DNA of 64,000 nt, taken from contig CAVVCZ010000005.1 of assembly GCA_963746845.1 (NCBI GenBank), positions 96,001 through 160,000 on the forward strand, in the 5' to 3' direction. Position 1 is the first letter of the stretch. Every line of letters starts with the position of its first letter. This stretch comes from an uncultured Chloroflexia bacterium (GTDB lineage: Bacteria > Chloroflexota > Limnocylindria > Limnocylindrales > CSP1-4). The notes beneath the pieces are model-generated. The model ran no database searches. It was given only the letters and a program-made list of their open reading frames with translations, and was not told the DNA's origin. A program made the translations under genes and the position numbers. Below are positions 38,538 to 50,466 of this stretch, in pieces.

Positions 38538-39976
38538 TCAGCCGGCCGCGTCGTCGTCGATCGAGGCTTCGTAGGCCATGCGGCCACCAGCGACCGTCAG
38601 CAGCACCTGGCCCGCCAGGTCGCGGCCGCGCAATGGCGTGTTCTTGCCGCGCGACGCCAGGGCATCCGGCTCCACCCGCCAGGTCGTCGACCGGTCGAAG
38701 ATGACCAGGTCCCCGGGCTGACCCTCCACCAGACCCGGGCCCGGGCGATCTCCCCAGCGCGAGCCCAGGACGCGGGCCGGACCGGCCGTCAACGCCTGGA
38801 CTGCGCGGGCAAGCGGGACCAGGCCCGCGTCGACCATCGCGAGGACGACGCCCAACGCCGTCTCGAGCCCGCTGATCCCGTTGGCCGCCAGCCCGAACTC
38901 GACGTCCTTGTCGACGCTCGTGTGCGGCGCGTGGTCCGTGGCGATCGCGTCCGCGGTCCCGTCCAGCAGCGCCACCCGGCACGCGGCCGCGTCGGCGACC
39001 GAGCGGAGCGGCGGGTTGACCCGGAGCGATGATGCATACGGCGCCGCGACGAGCGCGCCCGGGCCATCCGCCCACGGGTCGCCGGTCCCATCCCAGGACC
39101 AGCGTCGCGCGCCCGCCAGCCACTCGTCGGAGAGGGCGAGATGATGCGGTGTTACGTCGCACGTCACCGGCAGCCCCGCCGCCTTCGCTCGGCGGACCAG
39201 GTCCATCGACCCCGCGGTCGAGAGGTGGGTCAGGTGGAGCCGGGCGCCCGGCACGTCGCGGACGACGTCCGCCAGCAGCGCCAGGTCGCGGGCGACGGCG
39301 GTCTCCTCGGCCGCCGCCGGCCAGCCCCGGAGCCCGAGGACGGTCGCGACATAGCCGTCGTTCGCCTCGGCGCCGGCGGTCAATCCTCGATCCTCGGCGT
39401 GGTCGACGATCGGCAGCCCGAGCGCGCCCGCGTACGCGAGCGCGTTCCGCATCAGGGCCGGCGAGGTGACCGGCGCCCCATCGTCGCTGAACCCGACGAC
39501 CCCGGCGTCGGCCAGCTCACCGAGCGCCGCAAGGGTCTCGCCGGCGCGTCCGGCGGAGATCGCGCCCCAGGCCAGCGCCCGGACCGGCGATCCGGAGGCC
39601 GCGGCTGCCGCGGTGACCCGGGCCAGCACCGCCGGGTCGTCGAGCGACGGCGTCGTGTTCGGCATCGCGCAGACGGTCGTGAACCCGCCGTGGGCGGCGG
39701 CCGCGAGCCCGCTGGCCAAGGTCTCCGCGTCCTCGTTGCCCGGCTCGCGGAGGTGGACGTGGAGGTCCACGAAGCCCGGGGCGACGATCACCCCGCGGTC
39801 GTCGATCCCGTCGGCCTCGCCGGCGTCGAGCCACGTCACGGCCTCGAGGACGCCGTCGGAGACGACGATCTCGCCCGGTCCCTCGCGCCCGGATGCCGGG
39901 TCCACGAGCCAGGCCCGCGAGATCTCGAGGTCCGCGACGACCCGCCCGACCTCGCCGATCGTCGGGGCGATGGCGC

Positions 39977-39980
<4 letters not shown>
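38538..39980 (-). CDS. pyrC: Dihydroorotase
   Basis: DLHVHLREPG, MPNT, FSDDG, DVTPHH, VNPPLR, ATDHAPH and GKNTP motifs. Confidence 0.92.
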
Positions 39981-41676
<1,696 letters not shown>

Positions 41677-41831
41677 TCAAGCATATCAACGGCTGTCGCG
41701 CCTGGACGACGCTGGTCTGCGTTGGCCGCTGCGGTCCGCGCTCACGCACCCTCGGGTGCGCTCGCTTTCGGTCCTCGCCGCCGCCTTGCCAGCGTCGCCC
41801 ATCCGCGACGAACGCAGTAGGCCGACCCGGG

Positions 41832-42377
41832 TCAGTAGACTGAGACCGTCACCCAGGTCGTGCCCGAGTAGGACGGGCAGCCGCAGATGTCGAAGAAGTC
41901 CGGGGTATAGAGGTCGATCACCCGGTTCTTCGTCGAGGCGACCGGACCATAGTCGGTCACGGTCCGCTCGAGGCAGCCACCGGCGCCGCACACGATGATC
42001 GTGGTCCCGCGCGGCAGGCGCATCGCGGTCGTGCCGTTTGCGTAGAACGTCGCGTAGCCGCTGATCTTGTACCGCGGCGGCTTCTGCGCGGAGCCACCGT
42101 GGGCCGCGGGCAGGGTGACCTGCGGACGGCGGACACGCGGCGCCGCGGCGACCCCGCCGGGCTCTGTGAACACGCTCGACTCGTCGATCCGGCCGGCCGA
42201 CACGTACGTCGAATCGAACGTTCCGACGGAATCCTCTTCCGCCGCGAACGCCGGGACCTGAACCGATTGGAACGCGGCCGGGCCGATCACGGAAGCGGGC
42301 GTTGGCCCAGCCGATCCGGCGATTCCCGGCAACGCGCCCAGGGCGAGGGCGGCAGTGAGCACCGCACCAACGACCAT
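41832..42377 (-). CDS. Secreted protein with an RlpA-like double-psi beta-barrel domain
   Basis: Signal peptide; GYATFY...LPRGT.I.VC...V.DYGP...RVIDL pattern. Confidence 0.7.
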   Translation of the reverse strand: MVVGAVLTAALALGALPGIAGSAGPTPASVIGPAAFQSVQVPAFAAEEDSVGTFDSTYVSAGRIDESSVFTEPGGVAAAPRVRRPQVTLPAAHGGSAQKPPRYKISGYATFYANGTTAMRLPRGTTIIVCGAGGCLERTVTDYGPVASTKNRVIDLYTPDFFDICGCPSYSGTTWVTVSVY

Positions 42378-42458
42378 CCTGGAAGGTCGCACGATCGGCG
42401 CACGATACCGCAAACAGCGTACGCGTGCGCCGCTTGTCCCCGTTTCCGGGGGCCCGGA

Positions 42459-44321
42459 TCAGCGGATGACGTACACGTTGTCGGGCAGGGTCTCGATCGT
42501 GCCGGCGCCCTGATCGGTCCATGCCAGCACGAGGATCCGGCCTCGGCCAGTGCCGTCGGCGGCCGGCTCGGCCCAGACGAGCTTGCCGTCCGAGATCGCA
42601 AAGCCGGCCGTGGCGCGCTGGGCGTCGAGGAGCGGCTTCTTCAGGTCGACACGGCCGTCGAAGGGGTCGACGTCGTAGAGGCTCAGCGTGCCGACGCTCG
42701 CGTCGTGCGGATCGGCGATCCAGACGGCCAGCTTCGACCCGGTCGTGTCCCAACGGGCGTCCCAGTCGGTGATCGGGCCGGACGCGATCGTCGTCTCGTG
42801 GCGGATCTCCTCCTGGTTGCCGGTCAGGGGCGTCGCGTCCGGGGCCCCGCTCGCGGTGACGCCGGCGGCCGTCCAGTCGCCGATGACCAGGCGCCCGTCG
42901 GCAGGGAGGTCGACGGGGCTGCCGTCGGCACGCCGGAGCGACCCCGTCCAGTACACCGCACGCCGCTCGTTCGGGTCGACCGACGGGCGCCAGGTGCTGC
43001 CGGTCTGCGGCAGCGAGACCGTCTCGCCGGTCCCCGGATCCATGACGAACGACGCTCCACTGCGATCGCCGGTCGCGGCGTCGCCGGTCTCGGACGTCGA
43101 GCTGCCGACGACCCGGTCGTGTAGTGCCCACGACCCGAACGCCGACCGATGATCGGTGGTGATGGCCCGGGCCGTCTTGTCCCCGACCTTCCAGACGTAG
43201 ATGTCCGGACCGGCCGATCCATCGGCCGGGCGGGCCGTGAACGCGAACCACTCGCCGCTCGGCGAGTACGCGGCCGACTGGCCGACGATGACGACGTCCT
43301 TCGCGATCTGGACCGTCCCGCCCGGCGACGTCGACGGCGACACCTCGACGGACGGGGTCGGGCTGATCGGTGGGGTGGCGCTCGGCGGCGGAGTCTCCGT
43401 GTTGCTGTCGGAGGGGGTCGGGGTCGCGCTCGGAGCGGTGCTCGGGCTCGTCGCCGGGGTCTTCGACGGATCGGCGCTCGCGGGAGGCGTCGGCGTGACG
43501 GTCGGGCTCGCCGTCGTGTCCGGCGTCGCCGATGGCGTCGGCGACGCATCGTGGCTCGGGGATGGGGTCGGCGACGGCGCGGGGGCCAGGTCGACGACCG
43601 CGATCGACGCCTGCTCGCTCGTGCCGGGGCGATTGACGACGATCAGCTGCTGACCGTTGGCGGAGCCGAAGACCGTCTGCGGCTCCATTGCGAAGTCGAC
43701 GGGCTGGTCCTGCACCGGCGCCGCAGCCGCACACGGGTCGTTCTCGTTTGGACAGACCGCCCGGACGTCTGCCTCCTTTCGGTGATAGCTGCCGTCCGCG
43801 TCCCTGCTGATCCACTGGACGTGCTGGCCGACCGGGATCGGGGTCGCGAACGCCACGTCGGACGACGCGGGACCCCCGCTGGCAGCAGACGCTCCGGCGT
43901 CGGGAAGCGCTGTCGGGCCGCCGTCGACGAGAAGCCGGGAGGAGGTCAGCGTCCCGACGACGACGGCCACGACGAGCGCCGCGGCAAACACAGGAATGAA
44001 GATGCGACGACGACGAGGCCCGCCGGACGCCGCCTCTTGATCACGGAACCGGGATTCGTGCTCGATCGCCGCTGCGGTCCGCGCCCAGAGGTCGCGCGGT
44101 GGGATCGGCTGCTGGTCGCGCATCGCGCGCAGCTCGCTGTGCTGGGTCTCGTAGGCGACGGCCGCGGCGCGACAGTCCGCGCAACCGGCGAGGTGCCCGT
44201 CCAGCCACTCCGCCTCCTCCGGCTCCAGCTCCCCGTCCAGCCGATCGGACAGGGCGGCCTGCGCCCGGGCGTGGTCCGTCGCCCAGTCGTCGGGCCGGCG
44301 GGAGCGTCGGCGGAACGTCAT
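42459..44321 (-). CDS. Zinc-binding (zf-HC2/ZAS) transmembrane anti-sigma factor with a Pro/Thr linker and beta-propeller-like C-terminus
   Basis: LSDRLDGEL...HLAGCADC; one TM; PT-rich stalk; AAYSPSGEWFAF TolB-like blades; ATGA overlap with the sigma gene. Confidence 0.82.
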   Translation of the reverse strand: MTFRRRSRRPDDWATDHARAQAALSDRLDGELEPEEAEWLDGHLAGCADCRAAAVAYETQHSELRAMRDQQPIPPRDLWARTAAAIEHESRFRDQEAASGGPRRRRIFIPVFAAALVVAVVVGTLTSSRLLVDGGPTALPDAGASAASGGPASSDVAFATPIPVGQHVQWISRDADGSYHRKEADVRAVCPNENDPCAAAAPVQDQPVDFAMEPQTVFGSANGQQLIVVNRPGTSEQASIAVVDLAPAPSPTPSPSHDASPTPSATPDTTASPTVTPTPPASADPSKTPATSPSTAPSATPTPSDSNTETPPPSATPPISPTPSVEVSPSTSPGGTVQIAKDVVIVGQSAAYSPSGEWFAFTARPADGSAGPDIYVWKVGDKTARAITTDHRSAFGSWALHDRVVGSSTSETGDAATGDRSGASFVMDPGTGETVSLPQTGSTWRPSVDPNERRAVYWTGSLRRADGSPVDLPADGRLVIGDWTAAGVTASGAPDATPLTGNQEEIRHETTIASGPITDWDARWDTTGSKLAVWIADPHDASVGTLSLYDVDPFDGRVDLKKPLLDAQRATAGFAISDGKLVWAEPAADGTGRGRILVLAWTDQGAGTIETLPDNVYVIR

Positions 44322-44968
44322 CGGGCGCCGCGGGACGGGTGATTTGCCGCGTTCCGCGCGTCCGCCTGTGCGTCGGCGACCGCCTCGGCGGTGCGCTCGG
44401 CGGCAAGCGCCTGGCGGAGGCTCTCGCGAGCGCGGGTCAGGAGCGCGCGGGCCGCCACGTGGCTGACGCCGAGCGCCGCGGCGAGCTCGAGGCCTGTGAG
44501 GTCGTGCAGCTCTGCGAGGAGGAGGGCGGCGCGCTGGCGCTCCGGGATCCGCTCGAGCGCCCGCTGCATGTCCGACGACAGATGCGCGTCCATGACCAGA
44601 CGCTCCGTGGACGGCGCGGCGCCGTGGCTCTCGCCGGTCCACGGCAGGAAGCGGACGATCTTCTGGCGGCGGATGTGGTCGAGCGCGACGCGGTGGGCGA
44701 TCTGGTACAGCCAGGCCCGGGCGTTCTCCGGCTTCTCGAGGGTGTCGTAGTTCCGGTAGGCCTTGACGAACGCGTCCTGCGTGAGGTCCGCGGCCAGCTC
44801 GGGATCGCGGAGCATCCGGATCAGGTAGGCGTAGATCTCGCCGTGATGGGCCGCGAACAGCTCCTCGACGAAACCCGCTGCGGCGTCCCGCTCCCAGGCG
44901 CCGCTCATGGCCGCGCCCCGACCGAATCCCCGGCTCGTGCCGATCCGGTTGTCGAGCGCGCCGACCAT
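44318..44968 (-). CDS. ECF RNA polymerase sigma factor
   Basis: AADLTQDAFVKAY, AWLYQIA and region 4 (LPERQR-like, ELAAALG); start 44968 or 44908. Confidence 0.9.
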   Translation of the reverse strand: MVGALDNRIGTSRGFGRGAAMSGAWERDAAAGFVEELFAAHHGEIYAYLIRMLRDPELAADLTQDAFVKAYRNYDTLEKPENARAWLYQIAHRVALDHIRRQKIVRFLPWTGESHGAAPSTERLVMDAHLSSDMQRALERIPERQRAALLLAELHDLTGLELAAALGVSHVAARALLTRARESLRQALAAERTAEAVADAQADARNAANHPSRGAR

Positions 44969-45089
44969 GGAGCCTCCGGCTGTCGCGGGGATGTGGACGG
45001 AGCGCAAAGGTGTGGGCGCGCGCTCCTGGGCCCTGAGACGCGAGGCATCCGATCGGTGTGACGCCGTCCCTCCCTCGGCGTGGTGGCCA

Positions 45090-46097
45090 TCAGCCGGTGG
45101 CCTCCGCCGCGCCGACCGGGGGTCGGCGTGTCCGCGTCAGCAGCTCCTCCACCGCGTCCTCCGGCGAGACGGGGTTCACCGGGAGGCCGGTCCCCAGCTC
45201 GAGGCCCGCGATCTCGCGGAGCCGCGGGTGGATCTCCCAGTGCCAGTGGTAGGTGGCGTCGACCTGCTCGCGGAGCGGCGACGTGTGAAGAACGAGGTTG
45301 TATGGCGGGCCGTCGAGCGTGGCGGCCAGCGCGCCGAGCACCTGGCGAAGCGCCTCGCCGGCAGCCGTCACGGCTCCGTCGGTGGCGCGCCCGAAGTCGG
45401 CGTCATGGTGGCGAGGCACGATCCAGACCTCGAACGGCGAGCGCGATGCGAACGGGGCGAACGCGACGGAGTCCGTGTCCTGCCAGATCAGCCGGTCGGG
45501 GCGGATGGCCTCGGTCCGGACGAGCCGGCACCACGGGCACTCGCCCTCGCGGATCACGAACCGCGCGGCGCCGCCCAGCTCCTCGGCGATCCGATGGGGG
45601 ATCTGCGGGAGGTCGTACAGGTCGAGGCAGAGATGGTTGGTCCGGGCACCGGCCTGCGCGCCCCAGTTCTGGACGACCTGGAGATGGTCCGTCAGGGCCG
45701 TTCGCCGGGCATCGGCGAGGGCGCCGCGGACCTCGGTCAGCAACGCCACGATCGTCTCCGAGCCGACCGCGTGGAGCGGCCGGTGCTCGCCGGGTGGCGC
45801 GACGATCGTCCGCCAGCTGCCACTGGCGCGGACGTCGCCGAGCGAGACCTGGGCCACGTTCGCCTCGAGCTCGCGGGCCTGGTCGCCGGTCCCGATGACG
45901 TGGAACGCGAAGTCCTTCAGCGTCCGGACGCGGACGCCGTCCCCGGCCGGGAGCCGGCAGTTCTGGCAGTCGCCGCCGTCGTCGATCGGGTCGGCGGCAC
46001 GGGCGAACCGGTCGCGATGGAAGGCACGGTCGACGACCGTGGCGACCCACCAGCCGGTGATCGCGTCCTTGCGCAGCTCGAAGAGTCCCGCCGCCAC
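45090..46097 (-). CDS. GalT-family (galactose-1-phosphate uridylyltransferase-like) protein with an atypical active site
   Basis: ELRKD.ITGWWV, N.G..AGA...HLCLD in place of HPHxQ, PFASRSPFE.WI.P, YHWH.EI.PRL and AGLELGTG..VNP. Confidence 0.85.
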   Translation of the reverse strand: MAAGLFELRKDAITGWWVATVVDRAFHRDRFARAADPIDDGGDCQNCRLPAGDGVRVRTLKDFAFHVIGTGDQARELEANVAQVSLGDVRASGSWRTIVAPPGEHRPLHAVGSETIVALLTEVRGALADARRTALTDHLQVVQNWGAQAGARTNHLCLDLYDLPQIPHRIAEELGGAARFVIREGECPWCRLVRTEAIRPDRLIWQDTDSVAFAPFASRSPFEVWIVPRHHDADFGRATDGAVTAAGEALRQVLGALAATLDGPPYNLVLHTSPLREQVDATYHWHWEIHPRLREIAGLELGTGLPVNPVSPEDAVEELLTRTRRPPVGAAEATG

Positions 46098-46098
46098 C

Positions 46099-46851
46099 TC
46101 AGCCGACCGCCGCCAGCGCCGGCCTCGGCGCCCCGTAGCCGTCGAGATCCACGCCGATCCCCGCCGCGAAGGCCGGGGCGAAGACCGAGGCCGCGTTCGC
46201 GACCGCCCCGGTCGACGGCGGGTCGTCCGGCCGGCCGGCCTCGACCGCGATCGAGGTCGACACCACCCCGGGCATGCCGCAGGCGTCGATCAGCTCGAAG
46301 TCGCGCAGATCCGGGTCGACGTTGAGCGCGATCCCGTGGTAGCTGACGCCACGCTCGATCCGGATGCCGAGGGCGCCGATCTTCCTTGGCCGCGTCCCGT
46401 CCGGATCGACCCAGCAGCCCGGGTGACCCTCCCGGCGGTCCGCCACGACGCCGAACGCCGCGCAGGTCTCGATCATCGCCGCCTCCAGCGCGCGGACGAG
46501 GGGCCGGACCATGAGGCCGCGCCGGGACAGCGCGAGGATCGGGTAGGCGACCAGCTGACCGGGACCGTGGTACGTGACCTCGCCGCCGCGCTCCACACGG
46601 ATGACCTCGATGCCCCGGGCGGCCAGCTCGGCGGCGGTCGCGCGCACGTGCGATGGGTCCGCGCCGCGACCGAGCGTCAACACCGGCTCGTGCTCGACGA
46701 GCAGGAGCTGGTCGCCGATCTCGCCCCGGAACCGGGCATCCGCGAGCGCCTTCTGCCGGTCCCAGGCAGCCCGATACGCCACCCGGCCGAGCCACGTCGC
46801 CGCCAGCGGGCCGGTCTCGGGCGTCTCGATCGGAACGCTCGTGGAGACCAC
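46099..46851 (-). CDS. lipB: Lipoyl(octanoyl) transferase
   Basis: EHEPVLTLG, RGGEVTYHGPGQLVAYP, KIGALG, HGIALN and CG motifs. Confidence 0.93.
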   Translation of the reverse strand: MVSTSVPIETPETGPLAATWLGRVAYRAAWDRQKALADARFRGEIGDQLLLVEHEPVLTLGRGADPSHVRATAAELAARGIEVIRVERGGEVTYHGPGQLVAYPILALSRRGLMVRPLVRALEAAMIETCAAFGVVADRREGHPGCWVDPDGTRPRKIGALGIRIERGVSYHGIALNVDPDLRDFELIDACGMPGVVSTSIAVEAGRPDDPPSTGAVANAASVFAPAFAAGIGVDLDGYGAPRPALAAVG

Positions 46852-46939
46852 GTCCGCACGATAGCAGGCAGCCCGTTCGTGGCCCTCTCCCTGGGGTGGT
46901 CAGGGTCCGTAACGGTCTCGTATCAGGCCGGTAACCGCG

Positions 46940-47734
46940 TCAGGCCGGAGGGCGGATGACGTTCGCGCGGTCGTTCACCCGGGACACGTCGATCCTCAGG
47001 GTGATGTCCGTCGGGGTGCCGTCGACGTCCCACGTCCCGGCGACGTCGAGCGCCACCAGGTAGCCCCCGTTCGCCGCCAGCCACAGGTCCGCGGCGCCCG
47101 TCGTCAGGCCCGCCGCCGCGACGGCCTCGTCGGCGGAGTCCGCCCGGTAGTGGCGCGCGGAGATGCCGTTCCTCTTGCCGGTCCCGACCGGCTGGATCGC
47201 GGTCGTCAAGCTCTCGAACCCGCTCGCGAGATCGATCGGCGAGAGCGTCGTGAACGCCGCGTCGAAGTCCGCGGCGCCGCCGGGGCTCTTCGCCCAGCGG
47301 CCGCCCCCCGGCTTCAGCCACGCCTCGTCGCCGATGACGATCGCGGCGAGCCGGTCGCCCTCGAGGCCGTCGACGCCGACCATCGTGAACTCGGCGGCCG
47401 GACGGTCGCCCTGGACGAGCGTCGACGTCATCGAGACGGTGCCGCCGGGCTTCGATGCCGGGACGAGCCCGGTGCTCACGACGGACACCCGGTAGGAGTC
47501 GAGATCGGCGAGGGCATTGGCGGCATCCACGAAGTCCGGACCGTTGCCCGACGGCGCGGGCCGCGGTGTCGGCACCTCGTCGGGCTCGTCGATGACCGAC
47601 GGGAGCGGCTCCGGGGTCCGGCTGAACCGGCTCGGTTGGGGAGTGACGGTCGCGACCATCAGGTCGCACCCGGCGAGGGCGAGGACGACGGCCGCGACGG
47701 CGCCGATGGCGATGAGCCGCCGATGGGCCGTCAT
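46940..47734 (-). CDS. Lipoprotein, LppX/LprAFG-like
   Basis: Lipobox LAGC; IGDEAW, G...NG...HY and C-terminal VND.ANVIRPP. Confidence 0.65.
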   Translation of the reverse strand: MTAHRRLIAIGAVAAVVLALAGCDLMVATVTPQPSRFSRTPEPLPSVIDEPDEVPTPRPAPSGNGPDFVDAANALADLDSYRVSVVSTGLVPASKPGGTVSMTSTLVQGDRPAAEFTMVGVDGLEGDRLAAIVIGDEAWLKPGGGRWAKSPGGAADFDAAFTTLSPIDLASGFESLTTAIQPVGTGKRNGISARHYRADSADEAVAAAGLTTGAADLWLAANGGYLVALDVAGTWDVDGTPTDITLRIDVSRVNDRANVIRPPA

Positions 47735-48408
47735 GCGGCGAACGTGCCGACGAGCGTGACCTGGTCGATGACCTGCGCCTTCCTGAGGGCCGAACGGACG
47801 GCGGCTCCGCCCGGATGGCCGGAGAGCCCGAGCGGGGCGGCCAGCGCCGACAGGGTGAACCGGTAGTGGTGGGTCCCCGACGGCGGGCACGGGCCACCAT
47901 AGCCGACGCTGCCGAAGTCGTTCGTGCCCTGCTGGAGGTCCGTCGCGGAGGGCGACACGCCGCCCGGGAGGCCCGTCGTCGTCGGGGCGAGATCGAGCAC
48001 CGACCAGTGGACCCAGTCGTGGCCGTCGGGGTCGTCGACGAACAGGACCAGCGCCTGGGCATCCGGTGGGACGCCGGACCAGACGAGGGCCGGCGACCGG
48101 TCGGCCCCGTGGCAGGTGTGCACACTCGGGATCGGCTTGCCGGCGGCGAACGCGCTCGATGTCAGGGTCAGCTTCGTGGGCGTCGGCCGCGGCGACTCGG
48201 AACGGCCGGCGGCCGTCGAGGCCGTCGCGGTCGCGCTGGCGGTCGAAGACGGGCCCGAGGCGTCGGACGCGGGCGAGAGCGGCGACGTCGGGTTCGCGCT
48301 CGACGCGGGGACGGTCGAGGCGGGTCCCGTCGCCGGCGCCGACCCGGGCCCGCAGCCGGCGAGGACGGCGATCACGGGCAGCGCGAGCAGGACGATCGAG
48401 CGGGACAC
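47731..48408 (-). CDS. YbhB/YbcL (PEBP/RKIP-like) lipoprotein
   Basis: Lipobox LAGC; SPAL.W, DDPD, WVHW and Y.GPCPP..HHYRF motifs. Confidence 0.88.
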   Translation of the reverse strand: MSRSIVLLALPVIAVLAGCGPGSAPATGPASTVPASSANPTSPLSPASDASGPSSTASATATASTAAGRSESPRPTPTKLTLTSSAFAAGKPIPSVHTCHGADRSPALVWSGVPPDAQALVLFVDDPDGHDWVHWSVLDLAPTTTGLPGGVSPSATDLQQGTNDFGSVGYGGPCPPSGTHHYRFTLSALAAPLGLSGHPGGAAVRSALRKAQVIDQVTLVGTFAA

Positions 48409-48465
48409 GCCCCGAGCATGGACCCGGCGGCGCCACCTCGGCAACCGTCGAGCCGCCCCGGGGAC

Positions 48466-49614
48466 CTAGACGCGACCCCGGGGCACGGTCAGCCAGTACG
48501 TCTTGTTGAACACGATCTTGCCGAGATGCCAGAGCCGGTTGGGCTTCGGCGGGTCCGGCGGATGGTCGTAGTCGAAGCGGAGCAGCGTGCCCTTGCCGTC
48601 GCCGATCTCGAAGAAGCACATCACCCGGCCGAGGTAGTCGCCGCGCGCGTGCTGGACGGGTCGGCCCTCGATCCCGGCCAGGATCCGCTCGACGACGACC
48701 GGTGCCTCGAAGTGGGCGGTGGACCCGGCCTTCGAGAGCGGCAGGTCCGTCGCGTCGCCGAGGGCGAACACGTTGGGCCGGCCACCGACCTCGAGGGTCG
48801 TGCGGTCGGTCGGCAGCCAGCCGCCCGGCGCCGGAGCGAGCTTCGAGTCGATCAGGTACCGGGCTCCGTGATGCGGCGGCACGAGGATCAACAGGTCGTA
48901 CGGGAGCTCCTCGCCCTCGAGGCTCTGCACGACCTTCCGGGCCGGGTCGATTGCCTCGACGTTGAAGAACGTGTGGAGCTCGATGCCCCGGTCGGCCAGG
49001 ACCGGCGTCGCCATGTCCGAGACGCTCTCGATCGTGAACGCCCGGCCGATCGGGGAGCAGAAGTGGATCTCGGTCCGGTCGCGGAGATGGCGATCGCGGA
49101 GCTCGGACTCGATCAGGAACGCCACCTCGAGGGGGGCGGGCGGGCACTTGTAGGGCATGCCCGCGATGCCGATGACGATCCGACCACCGTCGAACGCGTC
49201 GAGCGCGTGACGCAACCGCCCGGCCGCCTCGGCGCTGTAGAAGTGGTGGGCCTCCTCATCGAAGTGATCGATCTCCTCGGGCGCGATCCGGGAGCCCGTG
49301 GCGAGGACGAGGTAGTCGTACGGCAGCGCGCGACCATCCGCGAGGAGGACGACCTGCGGGTCGGCGGCGACCCGGATCACCTCACCGATCACGAGGGTCA
49401 CCCGCTTGTCCAGGAGGGATCGCTCCGGGCGCTGGAGGTGCTCCGCGTGCTCGTTGCCGAGCGCGATGTACATGAAGCCGGGCTGGTAGACGTGCTGCCC
49501 GGTCTCGTCGACGACGGTCAGCTCCGTGTCCGGGCGGCCGTGCAGGCGACGAGCCAGCAGGTTCGCGACGATCGTCCCGCCGACGCCTCCGCCCAGGATC
49601 AGGATGCGGGGCAT
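48466..49614 (-). CDS. sqr: Sulfide:quinone oxidoreductase-family flavoprotein (type III-like)
   Basis: GGGVGG, HVYQPG, YKCPPAPLE, GDAT..P.SKAGS.AH and Y.G.VMCF motifs. Confidence 0.85.
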   Translation of the reverse strand: MPRILILGGGVGGTIVANLLARRLHGRPDTELTVVDETGQHVYQPGFMYIALGNEHAEHLQRPERSLLDKRVTLVIGEVIRVAADPQVVLLADGRALPYDYLVLATGSRIAPEEIDHFDEEAHHFYSAEAAGRLRHALDAFDGGRIVIGIAGMPYKCPPAPLEVAFLIESELRDRHLRDRTEIHFCSPIGRAFTIESVSDMATPVLADRGIELHTFFNVEAIDPARKVVQSLEGEELPYDLLILVPPHHGARYLIDSKLAPAPGGWLPTDRTTLEVGGRPNVFALGDATDLPLSKAGSTAHFEAPVVVERILAGIEGRPVQHARGDYLGRVMCFFEIGDGKGTLLRFDYDHPPDPPKPNRLWHLGKIVFNKTYWLTVPRGRV

Positions 49615-49623
49615 GGCGCGCTC

Positions 49624-49873
49624 CTACCGTGCCTTCTGGACGACGATCTCGTCGTAGCCGTCGAACTCGATGACGCTGATCAGCCGGTGGCCTGCCTTGT
49701 CGACCCACTTCGGGATGTCCGTCCGGGATCCGCGATCCGAGGAGCGGACGGCGATGATGTCGCCGACCTCGACTCTCGCGGATCGCCCGGATCAGCTCCA
49801 TCAGGGGGCCCGGGCAGTAGCTGCCGCGGGCGTCGACGAGGCGGCTGATCGTGAACGGCTGGGTTGCGGCCAT
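49624..49873 (-). CDS. tusA: TusA-family sulfur carrier with an apparent frameshift near 49772
   Basis: DARGSYCPGPL, continuing in another frame as VGDIIAVRSSDRGSRTDIPKWVDKAGH...KAR*. Confidence 0.75.
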
Positions 49874-49883
49874 CGACGGCCTC

Positions 49884-50459
49884 CTAGATGAAGAGGGAGG
49901 CGTCGGCCTCGGTCATGATCGCGATGGCCGTCGCGGCTCCGGCGGGCTCGCCCATCCCGGGGATGAGGTCCTCGCGCGTGATCCCCAGGAGGTCCATCGT
50001 CATCTGGCACGGCACGAACTCGACGCCGAGGGCCTGGGCCGCCTCGAGGAGCTCGCGCGGGCTGGCCACGCCGTACTGGCGGGACAGTCTGCGCATCATC
50101 CACGGGCCCATGCCGAGGAAGTTCATCTTCGTCAGGTGCAGGTGATCGATCCCCGGACGCTGCATCGCGGCGAGCATCCGCTGCATCCAGTTCTCGCCGG
50201 TGATGCGGACGCCGTCGCGGACGAAGGGCAGCAGGCCCCAGAACGTGACGAACACCCGCGCGCGCACGCCCGAGGCGGCGGCGGTCGATGACAGGATCAG
50301 CATCGGCCAGACCCGGTCGAGCTCGCCCGACCAGCTGACGATCACCAGCTCCTTCGTGGCGACCGCGGTGTCGTCCGCGGCCTGCGGCGCGACCTCGGTG
50401 ACCGGTGGGGCGACCGGCGGCTTGACCGCGCGTGTGCGATCGACGGTGGCGGTGGTCAT
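49884..50459 (-). CDS. DsrE2 (DsrE/DsrF/DrsH-like) sulfurtransferase
   Basis: SGELD, FVTFWGL, KMNFLGMG and PCQMTMDL motifs. Confidence 0.88.
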   Translation of the reverse strand: MTTATVDRTRAVKPPVAPPVTEVAPQAADDTAVATKELVIVSWSGELDRVWPMLILSSTAAASGVRARVFVTFWGLLPFVRDGVRITGENWMQRMLAAMQRPGIDHLHLTKMNFLGMGPWMMRRLSRQYGVASPRELLEAAQALGVEFVPCQMTMDLLGITREDLIPGMGEPAGAATAIAIMTEADASLFI

Positions 50460-50466
50460 GGCGCCC

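Noticed and set aside
43330-43590. Quasi-repetitive DNA here and at 56860-57050
   Set aside because: Encodes Pro/Ser/Thr linkers; not a CRISPR array or nucleotide tandem repeat
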